The notes beneath the pieces were generated by a model that had not been told where the DNA came from, did no database searches, and saw nothing but the letters and a program-made list of their open reading frames with translations. DNA of 64,000 bases, taken from NCBI GenBank assembly GCA_043800255.1, contig JAZDNF010000013.1, positions 128,001 to 192,000 on the forward strand. The letters run 5' to 3'. This DNA is from Candidatus Altiarchaeota archaeon (GTDB taxonomy: Archaea > Altiarchaeota > Altiarchaeia > IMC4 > SCGC-AAA252-I15). The translations under genes were made by a program, and so were the position numbers. Shown piece by piece: positions 38,930-47,545 of the stretch (within the stretch, counting starts at the first letter, position 1; the number at the start of each line of letters is the position of its first letter).

Positions 38930-40429
38930 ATGAAAAAGGCGCTAACCGTTGCTCTTATACTGCTGGCAGCTGTTGTGACAACCTATGGCGTGCACCTCGA
39001 CTACAGCCTGCCGTTCCACTCTGACGAGTGGGATCACCTGACGCTTGGAAAGGAGATCGTCAAGACAGGGGAGGCTGACAGCGTCAGAGCCTACAATCCC
39101 TATCTTGGGGAGCCCTACAGGGTGAATCGGGGCCCAGCCTACCACCTGCTTATCGCGCTGCTGATGCTTCACACAGGCTTGGGCGTCACTCTTGGCACGG
39201 TTCTGCCCACCAGTATAGCCTTCGCCCTCGGAGCTGGAACATACGCCCTCGCAAAGCACATAACAGGCAGCGACTTCGCAGGAGCGCTCTCCGCAGTCTT
39301 CGCAATGACGATAAAGAGCAACGTCACGATGCTTGGACTGTGGTTCACGGTGCCGTCAGCCTATGGGATAGCTATGGCACCGCTCATAATGTACCTCTTC
39401 ATCAGAACACTGGAAAAAGGCCACCTCCTCAATCAATACGACATCAGCTTGGGCCTCATACTGGCGCAGGTTGCCTTCTCCCACCCCCCATCAGCAACAG
39501 TATTGTTTCCTGTCATGGCAGCCTACCTGATACTTCACCCCAAGACAGTCTGGAAGAACAAAAAAAAGCTGGCAGCGTTCGCAGCCATAGGGCTCCTCCT
39601 GCTCGCAATAGAACTCTACATCATAAACATCCCACGAGAGGACATCCTGAATCCGATGAAATTCGTGAACAGGCACCTCAGATTCACATCAGAAGACGAA
39701 GACAGCGACATAAGATACTTCTACCCGAAGTTCGTTGGGAGACTGACACTCTTCCTGACGATAGTGGGAGCGTACACTATGCTATCATCAGACAAGAGAG
39801 GTGAGAGCATACTGCCAATAGCCCTGCTCGCCCTCCTCCCGCTAGTATACCAGTATTACACGACAGGCGAAGTCTACCTCACAACCTACCGGAGGATATT
39901 CCTCTACAATGTGGAAATCCTCCTGATACTGGCAGGCATAGGACTGTACAAGCTGTATGACATCACAAGCAGCACGGTCAATAGGATAGGCGACAAGAAC
40001 ATAGGATTGCCCATCAAAGCCATAATATTAGCTGCCGTGCTGCTGGTGACAGTGAACCAGGTGGAATCAACCTACGAATACGGAGAGAAACTTTACCACG
40101 TCATTGAGGAGAAGGACGTCAGCCCGATACTATGGCTTAAGGACAACACGCCGGAGAATGCGATTGTGATGGCAACGCCGAACATCGCGAAAGCGATAAC
40201 ACCCCTAGCAGACAGGAAAATAGTGGGCATAGTAAGGACAACCCTCAGATCAAGCGAGGAAAGGTCAGACGACTCCTGGAACTTCTTCACTGTAGACTGC
40301 GACAGCAAAAAGAACATCGCGCGAAAGTATGGCGTAGACTACGTCTTCCACAACGGGCCGCTAGGTTGCGACTTCCTCGAGGAAATCCACAACGAAAAAG
40401 GAGACTACGTCTACAAGGTCAACGCCTAG
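38930..40429 (+). CDS. Polytopic membrane protein, GT-C/STT3-like architecture
   Basis: PFHSDEWDH after TM1, about 12 TMs, WLKDNTPENAIV, C-terminal YGVDYV...VYKV. Confidence 0.6.
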   Translation: MKKALTVALILLAAVVTTYGVHLDYSLPFHSDEWDHLTLGKEIVKTGEADSVRAYNPYLGEPYRVNRGPAYHLLIALLMLHTGLGVTLGTVLPTSIAFALGAGTYALAKHITGSDFAGALSAVFAMTIKSNVTMLGLWFTVPSAYGIAMAPLIMYLFIRTLEKGHLLNQYDISLGLILAQVAFSHPPSATVLFPVMAAYLILHPKTVWKNKKKLAAFAAIGLLLLAIELYIINIPREDILNPMKFVNRHLRFTSEDEDSDIRYFYPKFVGRLTLFLTIVGAYTMLSSDKRGESILPIALLALLPLVYQYYTTGEVYLTTYRRIFLYNVEILLILAGIGLYKLYDITSSTVNRIGDKNIGLPIKAIILAAVLLVTVNQVESTYEYGEKLYHVIEEKDVSPILWLKDNTPENAIVMATPNIAKAITPLADRKIVGIVRTTLRSSEERSDDSWNFFTVDCDSKKNIARKYGVDYVFHNGPLGCDFLEEIHNEKGDYVYKVNA

Positions 40430-40790
40430 GAACAGTCTTAGTTGAGACGACATCAGCACCAGAGTTCATGAGATTTCTGACGAGAACATCGCCAATTTTC
40501 ACAGGAGCTCTCACTTTCAGCTTAGAAAGCTTCTTGACCGCGGCTTTCACCTTGACCTTCTGGATTGCTTTATCAGTCCTGACGCTCACCAGCGGCTCCG
40601 AACCTCCTGAGACTCTGACTGTTGACGTCAGCACTCGCTTAGGATCAACTACCTCATCTCTCGCATAAGCCTCGCCCCTCTGGCAGGCGCAGCCGCTGAT
40701 TTCTCTAACCTTCTTCCTGACATATTCTACTGTGACATCGCAGCCCACAGGGCAAACGATGCACTTCAATTTCCTAGACGCCACCTTCAA
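40419..40790 (-). CDS. DUF1667 family CxxC protein
   Basis: CIVCPVGC, C.RG..YA..E...PKR.LTSTV, APVKIGDV. Confidence 0.85.
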   Translation of the reverse strand: MKVASRKLKCIVCPVGCDVTVEYVRKKVREISGCACQRGEAYARDEVVDPKRVLTSTVRVSGGSEPLVSVRTDKAIQKVKVKAAVKKLSKLKVRAPVKIGDVLVRNLMNSGADVVSTKTVPRR

Positions 40791-42018
40791 CCTCCACGGT
40801 AATTTTTCTGGCGCCCTTCAACTCCCCCTCCAGTCTGAGCCTCACCATCTCAGCAGGATTCATCCGTTTATACAGCCGCCTGCAGACGACCTTTCCATCA
40901 GCTTTGACCACCACAATCCTGTCCTTGGAAGGCCTCTCCACCCTGAAGAAGAGGACATTATCTTCAAGCCTCCGCAGCCTATGAGGCACCACATACCTGA
41001 CTCCTGCCGAAGCATCAACCAGTATATCATAGGGCTTATCCAGCCCGCCTTTGGAGTATAATGCCGCTGACCTGCCGGCAACCTCAGCCTCCAGGGACGC
41101 GTAGTCAGCTATGTCATGGACATGCAGGACGTTCCCGCATGAGAAAATCCCGCTGACGGACGTCTCATAGGAGTCGTCCACAATTGGGCCGCCTGTAACG
41201 CTGTCAAGGAGAATGCCGGCGCCCTCAGACAGCTCGTTCTCAGGTATGAGGCCCACGGACAGCAGAAGAGTGTCGCATTTAATCTTCCTCTCAGTCGCAG
41301 GTATTGGCTTAATGCCGTCAACTCTGGCGATGGTGACAGCAGCAACTCTGTCTCTGCCGTGGATTCCAGTCACAGTATGCCCTAAGAGCAACGGGATGTT
41401 GTAGTCTTCAAGGCACTGGACGATGTTCCTCGGCAGGCCGCTGCTGTAAGGCAACAGTTCGACGACAGCCTTCACATTGCAGCCTTCAAGAGTAAGCCGC
41501 CTGGCCATAATCAGGCCAACATCGCCAGAACCGATGATGACGACTTCCTTCCCGGGGAGCTTGCCCTGCAAATTAATCAAATTCTGGACGACGCCGGCAG
41601 TGTAGACGCCCGCAGGCCGCGTCCCAGGAATGCAGAGCATCCCCCTCGTCCGCTCCCTGCAGCCCATGGCGAGGATGATGGACTTCGCCCTCACCTGCGA
41701 CAGACCAGCTCTGTTGCAGAAGGTGATTATCTTATTTTTTCCGATGCTGAGAACCGTCGTGTCAAGGAGAATGTCAACCTTTTCAGACTCGACAAGGTCA
41801 GCGTACTTTTGCGCGTACTCAGGGCCTGTGAGATCTTCCTTGAACAATTCCAACCCGAAGCCGGTGTGGATGCACTGGTTGAGTATGCCGCCCAGGCGGG
41901 AGTTCCGCTCAACTATCAGAACCTTCTCTACTCCACTCTTCTTGGCTGACACCGCAGCCGCCATCCCAGCCGGGCCGCCCCCGATGACGGCAACATCGAC
42001 GGACTTCACCTGGACCAC
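40774..42018 (-). CDS. FAD/NAD(P)-dependent pyridine nucleotide-disulfide oxidoreductase
   Basis: IGGGPAG, GGILNQCIH.GFG, GCRER, GSGDVGLIMARR, CGNVLHVHD. Confidence 0.88.
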   Translation of the reverse strand: MVQVKSVDVAVIGGGPAGMAAAVSAKKSGVEKVLIVERNSRLGGILNQCIHTGFGLELFKEDLTGPEYAQKYADLVESEKVDILLDTTVLSIGKNKIITFCNRAGLSQVRAKSIILAMGCRERTRGMLCIPGTRPAGVYTAGVVQNLINLQGKLPGKEVVIIGSGDVGLIMARRLTLEGCNVKAVVELLPYSSGLPRNIVQCLEDYNIPLLLGHTVTGIHGRDRVAAVTIARVDGIKPIPATERKIKCDTLLLSVGLIPENELSEGAGILLDSVTGGPIVDDSYETSVSGIFSCGNVLHVHDIADYASLEAEVAGRSAALYSKGGLDKPYDILVDASAGVRYVVPHRLRRLEDNVLFFRVERPSKDRIVVVKADGKVVCRRLYKRMNPAEMVRLRLEGELKGARKITVEVEGGV

Positions 42019-43448
42019 CCTGTGAACAACTCCGAACCTTCGCCCTTGAGGGTGACCTCGTCGAGTGGGACTCCCAGTTCATCATAGATTTTCGCAATCC
42101 GGGGAATGCAGACTCCGCCCTGACACCTGCCCATCAGCACCCGGGCACGGTACTTTAGGCCCTTCAATGTTCTGACGCCAAGAGGATTGTTCAACGCCCG
42201 GATTACCTCAGCCTTTGACACATTCTCGCACCTGCAGACAACCTCCCCATAGGCTGGGTTCCTCCTGATGAGGGCTGCCTTCTCCCTGGAAGAGAGTTCA
42301 TCAAACCTCTTAGGAACTCTCCTGACCGGGTTGAACTTCCGGTTAGGCTTCAGCTTCCTGCCCTCTCGGATAATCTCCAAAACCTTCCCAGCTATCACCG
42401 GCGCGGCAGTCAAGGCCGGCGATTCCATGCCGAACAGGTTGATGAAACAGTCAGGCTTCTCCTGTATCACGAAATCGCCCTTCACCTTAGAGTCTGATGG
42501 CACTATCCTGGACCTCATGCCAGAGTAGCCGCGGATAACATCCTTCTTGGATATGCTAGGAACCAGATACTGCGCGCCAACGATAAGCTCATCCACCTTA
42601 GAGGACGTCAACCTCACATCATCCTTGTCTCTCACGTATTCTGCAGTCGGCCCCAGCAGGAGATTGCCCTCCAATGTTGGGGTGATGTGGACGCCAACCT
42701 CGCCGAGGCCCTTAGGCATCACAGGATACACCATCGAGCTCACAAGATTCCTCCGCTTCTTGTCCAGTATGAGATACTCACCCCTGCACGGGTAAACCGT
42801 GTGGCTACTTTTGCCGATCATCCCCGCTATCCTGTCAGCATAGAGGCCGGCGCTGTTCACAACATACTCTGAAATGAAACTTCCCGCAGCAGTCTTAAGT
42901 TTGAAACCATGAGAGGTTTGTCGTATGTCCTTGACTTCAGAATCCAGCATAACCTTAACGCCGTTGGCAACTGCATTCTCAGCTAATGCGATGGTCAAAA
43001 GGTAAGGCGTCACAATGCCGCCGGAAGATGCCAGCAGGCCGGCAACTCCGTGCACATTAGGCTCCCGCCTAGAGAGCTCCCGCTTGGAGAGGAGAATTAC
43101 CCTCTCAATCCCTATCCTGTCAGCAGCTTCCCCCATCTTCTCAAGACTTCGGACCTCAGACTCCTCAGTTGCGATGATAACAGTGCCAACCCTCCTGAAC
43201 GGAACGCTCAAATCCTTGCAAATTTTTGGGAACAACCTATTGCCCAGTCGACTGTATTCGGCCTTCAAACTGCCAGGCTCCTCCTTGAAGCCGGAATGTA
43301 CGACACCAGAATTCGCGCCCGAAGTCCCACAGGAGACATCAGCCTCCTTTTCTAAAAGAAGAACCCTCAACCGGTACCGGGACAACTCCCTGGCAACAAA
43401 ACAACCAACCACCCCACCACCAATCACGGTAACATCAAAAGATTGCAT
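42006..43448 (-). CDS. FAD-dependent oxidoreductase, glycerol-3-phosphate dehydrogenase/LhgO-like, with BFD-like [2Fe-2S] domain
   Basis: IGGGVVG, TS.ANSG..H.G, NSAGLYAD, SP.LTAAP, CRCE...GRCQGG.C. Confidence 0.85.
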   Translation of the reverse strand: MQSFDVTVIGGGVVGCFVARELSRYRLRVLLLEKEADVSCGTSGANSGVVHSGFKEEPGSLKAEYSRLGNRLFPKICKDLSVPFRRVGTVIIATEESEVRSLEKMGEAADRIGIERVILLSKRELSRREPNVHGVAGLLASSGGIVTPYLLTIALAENAVANGVKVMLDSEVKDIRQTSHGFKLKTAAGSFISEYVVNSAGLYADRIAGMIGKSSHTVYPCRGEYLILDKKRRNLVSSMVYPVMPKGLGEVGVHITPTLEGNLLLGPTAEYVRDKDDVRLTSSKVDELIVGAQYLVPSISKKDVIRGYSGMRSRIVPSDSKVKGDFVIQEKPDCFINLFGMESPALTAAPVIAGKVLEIIREGRKLKPNRKFNPVRRVPKRFDELSSREKAALIRRNPAYGEVVCRCENVSKAEVIRALNNPLGVRTLKGLKYRARVLMGRCQGGVCIPRIAKIYDELGVPLDEVTLKGEGSELFTGWSR

Positions 43449-43549
43449 AAAGGATAAAAAATGCGATTTGAGGTATAAATTGAACGCCAGAAAAGGTATT
43501 TTTAATGCTGTATTCCCTATTTTGTTTTATTTTGTGGGGTGGTATTGGG

Positions 43550-45100
43550 ATGAAAAAGGTTGGGATATTCTTTGTTCTTGTTTTGTTGGAAGTAAATTTG
43601 GTTTCCGCTGCAGTGACTGGAGACGACCCGTTCCTTAGCACTGGAACGGAATTTCTCGCCATAAGATGGGACGACAACCACAAATACAAATACGGGCCAT
43701 ACTACTACCACCATCCGATGATAATGCCGCTCTTCAACAGCACGAACATTTACGTCGACGCCAACGATGACGGCGTCTGGGAGTACAAGCACACGAAAAA
43801 CGCCGGCGAGTGGCTGAGCTTCGAAGTCCTTCCCCTCCCGGGGCTGATCAACCCCGGGGCTAGAATACACTCAGACAAGCCGGTAATCTACAAACAATAC
43901 CTCAGGATGTACAGCCACAGCTGCGGCTGGGCTTGCGCATATTACGTAGACAGTGAATCCATAGTCCCGCCGCTGAACAGCCTGCGAAACGAATACTTCA
44001 TATACAATGGGGAGTGGACTATCGTCCCACAACAGAGCATAACTGTCAACGTGGACATGGGCAACGACGGAACAGTGGATAACACAATCAGCGCCCCCAA
44101 ACTCATCAAGACTCTGGTTACAATCCCCACCGGCAGTTTCGCGAGAGTCTACTCCAATGGCTCATTCTACCTGTACAACACAATCGGGGTTGTAGGGCCA
44201 GCATCTTCCGACTTTTACATCCAAGATGAGAACGTATCAAAGCTCGTGGTGACAGAAGACGATACGCTGGTGGAAATAGACTTTAACAACGATGGACACT
44301 ATGACAACAGCTCAAATTACAGCAGGGGAGTCTACGGCCTGCTCCAGTTGAACAACGGAGCGCATCTGCACTCGAACAAGCCTGTGACAGTTTACGTCTA
44401 CGAGGGAGAATACGCCCTACCCAGCACCATGATAGGCAGCGACGTGTGGAGCACAGGCCACAATTACGTTGTAGGATTGTTCGACAACACAACATTCCAC
44501 GCCGACGATCTACTGGAAAACAACCTCGCTCCGGAATTGGACGACACAGTAGACGCCAACGTGGAGAAACCGTCAGCAGGCCCGTTCCAGAACAACCAAA
44601 AACACGTCTGGTCTGACAAGCCGCTCATATCAAAGTACTATTACAGGGACGAGGCGCACATCCTCGGCCCATACTCTGCGATTTCCACAGCAACGCACGG
44701 ATTGCAGAAGTACTTGGGCGCGGAGGAGATAACAACAATTGAGACGCGTGTTTTCAACCCCTTCGCGGACACGACAGCATACAATCTCACGCTGAACTTC
44801 AGAATCCCGCCCGGATTCACACTGCCTTTGGGGAACTCTCTCGAGGTTTCAATCCAGAAAAAGGTTCTGATGAACGACAGCATAACAGAGAGTGAAACGG
44901 TCACCGTCAACCCGACATACTCCGCGGGCGAGTACATCGTCACACTCTCACGCTCAGACTCTGCCATCTTAGGAACTCTTGAGCCGATGGCCTATTTGAA
45001 CGTCCAGTATCAGGTTGTGACACCATCAGCCTACGGAACATTCGAGTTCGATTCCGTGATTTTAGGCTATGAGGCTGAAACCTGGAACATGCCGGAATAA
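43550..45100 (+). CDS. Secreted protein with four IgGFc-binding-like repeats and a C-terminal Ig-like domain
   Basis: Signal peptide MKKVGIFFVLVLL; repeated D.N.DG...GA...S(D/N)KP units. Confidence 0.6.
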   Translation: MKKVGIFFVLVLLEVNLVSAAVTGDDPFLSTGTEFLAIRWDDNHKYKYGPYYYHHPMIMPLFNSTNIYVDANDDGVWEYKHTKNAGEWLSFEVLPLPGLINPGARIHSDKPVIYKQYLRMYSHSCGWACAYYVDSESIVPPLNSLRNEYFIYNGEWTIVPQQSITVNVDMGNDGTVDNTISAPKLIKTLVTIPTGSFARVYSNGSFYLYNTIGVVGPASSDFYIQDENVSKLVVTEDDTLVEIDFNNDGHYDNSSNYSRGVYGLLQLNNGAHLHSNKPVTVYVYEGEYALPSTMIGSDVWSTGHNYVVGLFDNTTFHADDLLENNLAPELDDTVDANVEKPSAGPFQNNQKHVWSDKPLISKYYYRDEAHILGPYSAISTATHGLQKYLGAEEITTIETRVFNPFADTTAYNLTLNFRIPPGFTLPLGNSLEVSIQKKVLMNDSITESETVTVNPTYSAGEYIVTLSRSDSAILGTLEPMAYLNVQYQVVTPSAYGTFEFDSVILGYEAETWNMPE

Positions 45101-45104
45101 CAGA

Positions 45105-47267
45105 ATGAGAAGGCATTCTATCCTCGCCCTGCTTGTGTTGGCAGCAGTCGCAGTCAGCCAGCCGGCTAACGTCAGCCTCCAGCCTGCCTTAGAGGTTGGA
45201 CCGCACCAGGCATATTCCGCCCCCTTCGGACTTCCAACCTTCGATCCGATGAATCCTCTCTCAATCCTCACGACGCCGCATTCCCTCCTCTCTGCATCCT
45301 TCTCGCAGATTGCGTTCTTGAGACTGAGCAGCCTATCCTCCAGCTCCGAAGGGCACGCAACAGAATCCTCTGACGCCACGATAAAAACAGCACCATACTA
45401 TGACTGCAACACACTCAACAACGGCATAATATCAGAGAACACAACACTGGACGCTGACTTCAACTCCAACGGAACCTGCTTCACCCTCTCAGCGGACAAC
45501 GTAACTTTAGACTGCAACAACCACACAGTCTACGGCTTAGGGAATGCGGGAATTCTTGTGAACAACAGAGACTACGTCAGCATCAGAAACTGCAACCTGG
45601 TCGGGTTCGACTACGGAGTCTACATCCTGAACTCCGATTATGCAAATGTCCAGGACAATATAATCCATGCTAACCTGTTTGACGTCTACTTCAACAACTC
45701 AAACCATTACACCCTCTCAGGCAACATAGCCTGCTTCGTCTACGGCAACTCCTCGGGGAACGGATGCGATGTCTCCTTAGAGTTCACAGGGCCGTTCGAA
45801 TACAACGTCACCAGAGAGTTTGTGTCCCTCAGAGTCGGTGTCAAAAACACCGGCAACTACCAAGCCTCTGCGTACGCAGACCTGGATCCGATAATCGATA
45901 TCCCAATATCGTTCATAGGAGCAGGCGAAAAGTCCAATCCCGTGCCAGTCGGCGTGGGCGAGACCCGCAACTTCACAATAGGCTTGACCCTCTCAGACGC
46001 CCAAGAACTTAACTACTCGTTCCCCATCCGCATCCACTGGCGTGGCCTCACCATGGACTCCAAAACAGTCTCAATCAACCTCCCCTCCTGGGACAGGTAC
46101 AATCTCACAATCAGCCTCGGAGAAGCTGCCGAAACCTTCAGCATCGCATCCTCAACTCAACCATTACTGTGGAACATCAGCATGCCCGACATCTCGAACG
46201 CGTCGAGCATCTGCATGAACTCGAAACAGACTGTGACAGTCACAAACACCGGCCTCGAACCGGTCTCAGACCTCAGCGTCCAGACCGTTGGAAACCTGAA
46301 CCTCTACTTAGACAAGAGGGTCGAAAGTTTCAGGCTGGAACCGGGGCAGTCCATATCCTTTAATGCCTACGCGATAGTAGACAATGAGACACCTCAAGTG
46401 AATGGGGGCGTGGAGGTATCAGGCGCCAGACTAGAGAGGAACGTGCAAGTAGACTATAATCCACCAGCCGGCGGCGGAGAGTGGGCCCAGTGCAGGAACA
46501 TATCAACAGACAGTTATGTGACAATACCAGTCCACCAGTTCGTGTGCGTGAACAAACCAACCTTCTGCGTTACCATAGCACTGCCGTCCGACCTCGACCT
46601 GGACAGCATCAGCGAAGCGAGGATGAGGATGGGCTTCAGCAGCTCCTGCGGGGGAATCCAAGAGCATGACATGGACGTCTCATTGAACGGCGTTATAGTC
46701 CAGAGCTGGGAGGACAGCGTCCAGACCGGAGAATACGATTTCCCATTCTCCGCGGAACTTTTAGACTACGATAACCAGGTATGCGGCGTCACATGGGACT
46801 ACCAGGGGAGAGGCCACTGGTGCGCCAACGTGTACACGAGCATAACCGTCAGACTGCGAACTTATAGAACCTACTGTGAGGACAAAACCTGCAACAAAAC
46901 CGAAGACCATGAGACCGTCTTCAACGACGACCTTGACAGCGACTGCGACGGCTTCAAAGACTGCCAAGACCTGGACAGCTGCGGCAGCCCCCAATGCCCG
47001 CAAAACCTCTGGTGCCAGACCGAGGACTGCGACAACGGCTTAGACGACGATGGCAACGGACTAGTAGACTGGGAAGACACCATAAGCTGCCCCGGAAACT
47101 GCAACGACACCATACAAAACAGAGACGAAGAAGCCCCAGACTGCGGAGGACGATGCCCCCCATGCTGGACCATAACAACCACAACAACCACAACCACGAC
47201 AACAACAATACCCCAACCCAACCTCAAAATAACACCACAAGACATAACAATAAAGGTGAAACAATGA
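45105..47267 (+). CDS. Secreted modular surface protein (parallel beta-helix, Ig-like domains, Cys/Asp-rich repeats, Thr linker, terminal CARDB A-strand)
   Basis: Signal peptide; NVTLDCN...GI....V.IRNC beta-helix; DSDCDG..DC.D; CNDTIQNRDEEAPDCGG.CPPC; T11; PNLKITPQDITI. Confidence 0.75.
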   Translation: MRRHSILALLVLAAVAVSQPANVSLQPALEVGPHQAYSAPFGLPTFDPMNPLSILTTPHSLLSASFSQIAFLRLSSLSSSSEGHATESSDATIKTAPYYDCNTLNNGIISENTTLDADFNSNGTCFTLSADNVTLDCNNHTVYGLGNAGILVNNRDYVSIRNCNLVGFDYGVYILNSDYANVQDNIIHANLFDVYFNNSNHYTLSGNIACFVYGNSSGNGCDVSLEFTGPFEYNVTREFVSLRVGVKNTGNYQASAYADLDPIIDIPISFIGAGEKSNPVPVGVGETRNFTIGLTLSDAQELNYSFPIRIHWRGLTMDSKTVSINLPSWDRYNLTISLGEAAETFSIASSTQPLLWNISMPDISNASSICMNSKQTVTVTNTGLEPVSDLSVQTVGNLNLYLDKRVESFRLEPGQSISFNAYAIVDNETPQVNGGVEVSGARLERNVQVDYNPPAGGGEWAQCRNISTDSYVTIPVHQFVCVNKPTFCVTIALPSDLDLDSISEARMRMGFSSSCGGIQEHDMDVSLNGVIVQSWEDSVQTGEYDFPFSAELLDYDNQVCGVTWDYQGRGHWCANVYTSITVRLRTYRTYCEDKTCNKTEDHETVFNDDLDSDCDGFKDCQDLDSCGSPQCPQNLWCQTEDCDNGLDDDGNGLVDWEDTISCPGNCNDTIQNRDEEAPDCGGRCPPCWTITTTTTTTTTTTIPQPNLKITPQDITIKVKQ
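47175..47207 (+). repeat. ACN codon run encoding an 11-Thr linker
   Basis: ACAACCACAACAACCACAACCACGACAACAACA. Confidence 0.9.
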
Positions 47268-47545
47268 ACAAACAAAAAACAACAAAAAGGGAATGGACGA
47301 TAATAGGTGCTCTGATAGGGGGAGTGTGGGGGCTGACAAACTTCTTCACATACCCTATCAATAGCAATAATCTAGTACTAGATTACACCTTTGGATTTCC
47401 TATAAGAGCATCGGCGGTAATAAGGAGGATGACAAGTATCCATCCTGATTCAATTTTATCTCTTTTTATTATACCCGCAGTCGTTGGTATTGTTGTTGGA
47501 GTAGGTATAGGGTCAATTTTTCAAAGATTTTATCGAAATGAATAG
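47264..47545 (+). CDS. Small two-TM membrane protein (93 aa)
   Basis: ATGA overlap with the upstream stop, AGGTGA RBS at 47254-59, two Gly-rich hydrophobic helices. Confidence 0.7.
   Translation: MNKQKTTKREWTIIGALIGGVWGLTNFFTYPINSNNLVLDYTFGFPIRASAVIRRMTSIHPDSILSLFIIPAVVGIVVGVGIGSIFQRFYRNE

Noticed and set aside
38930-40429. Oligosaccharyltransferase AglB
   Set aside because: No WWDxG motif and too short; kept as generic GT-C-like.
46994-47263. Arg/His/Asn-rich N-terminal extension of the 183-aa ORF
   Set aside because: Shadow frame of the Cys-rich and Thr-linker codons of the 45105 gene; the supported start is ATG 47264 with an RBS.
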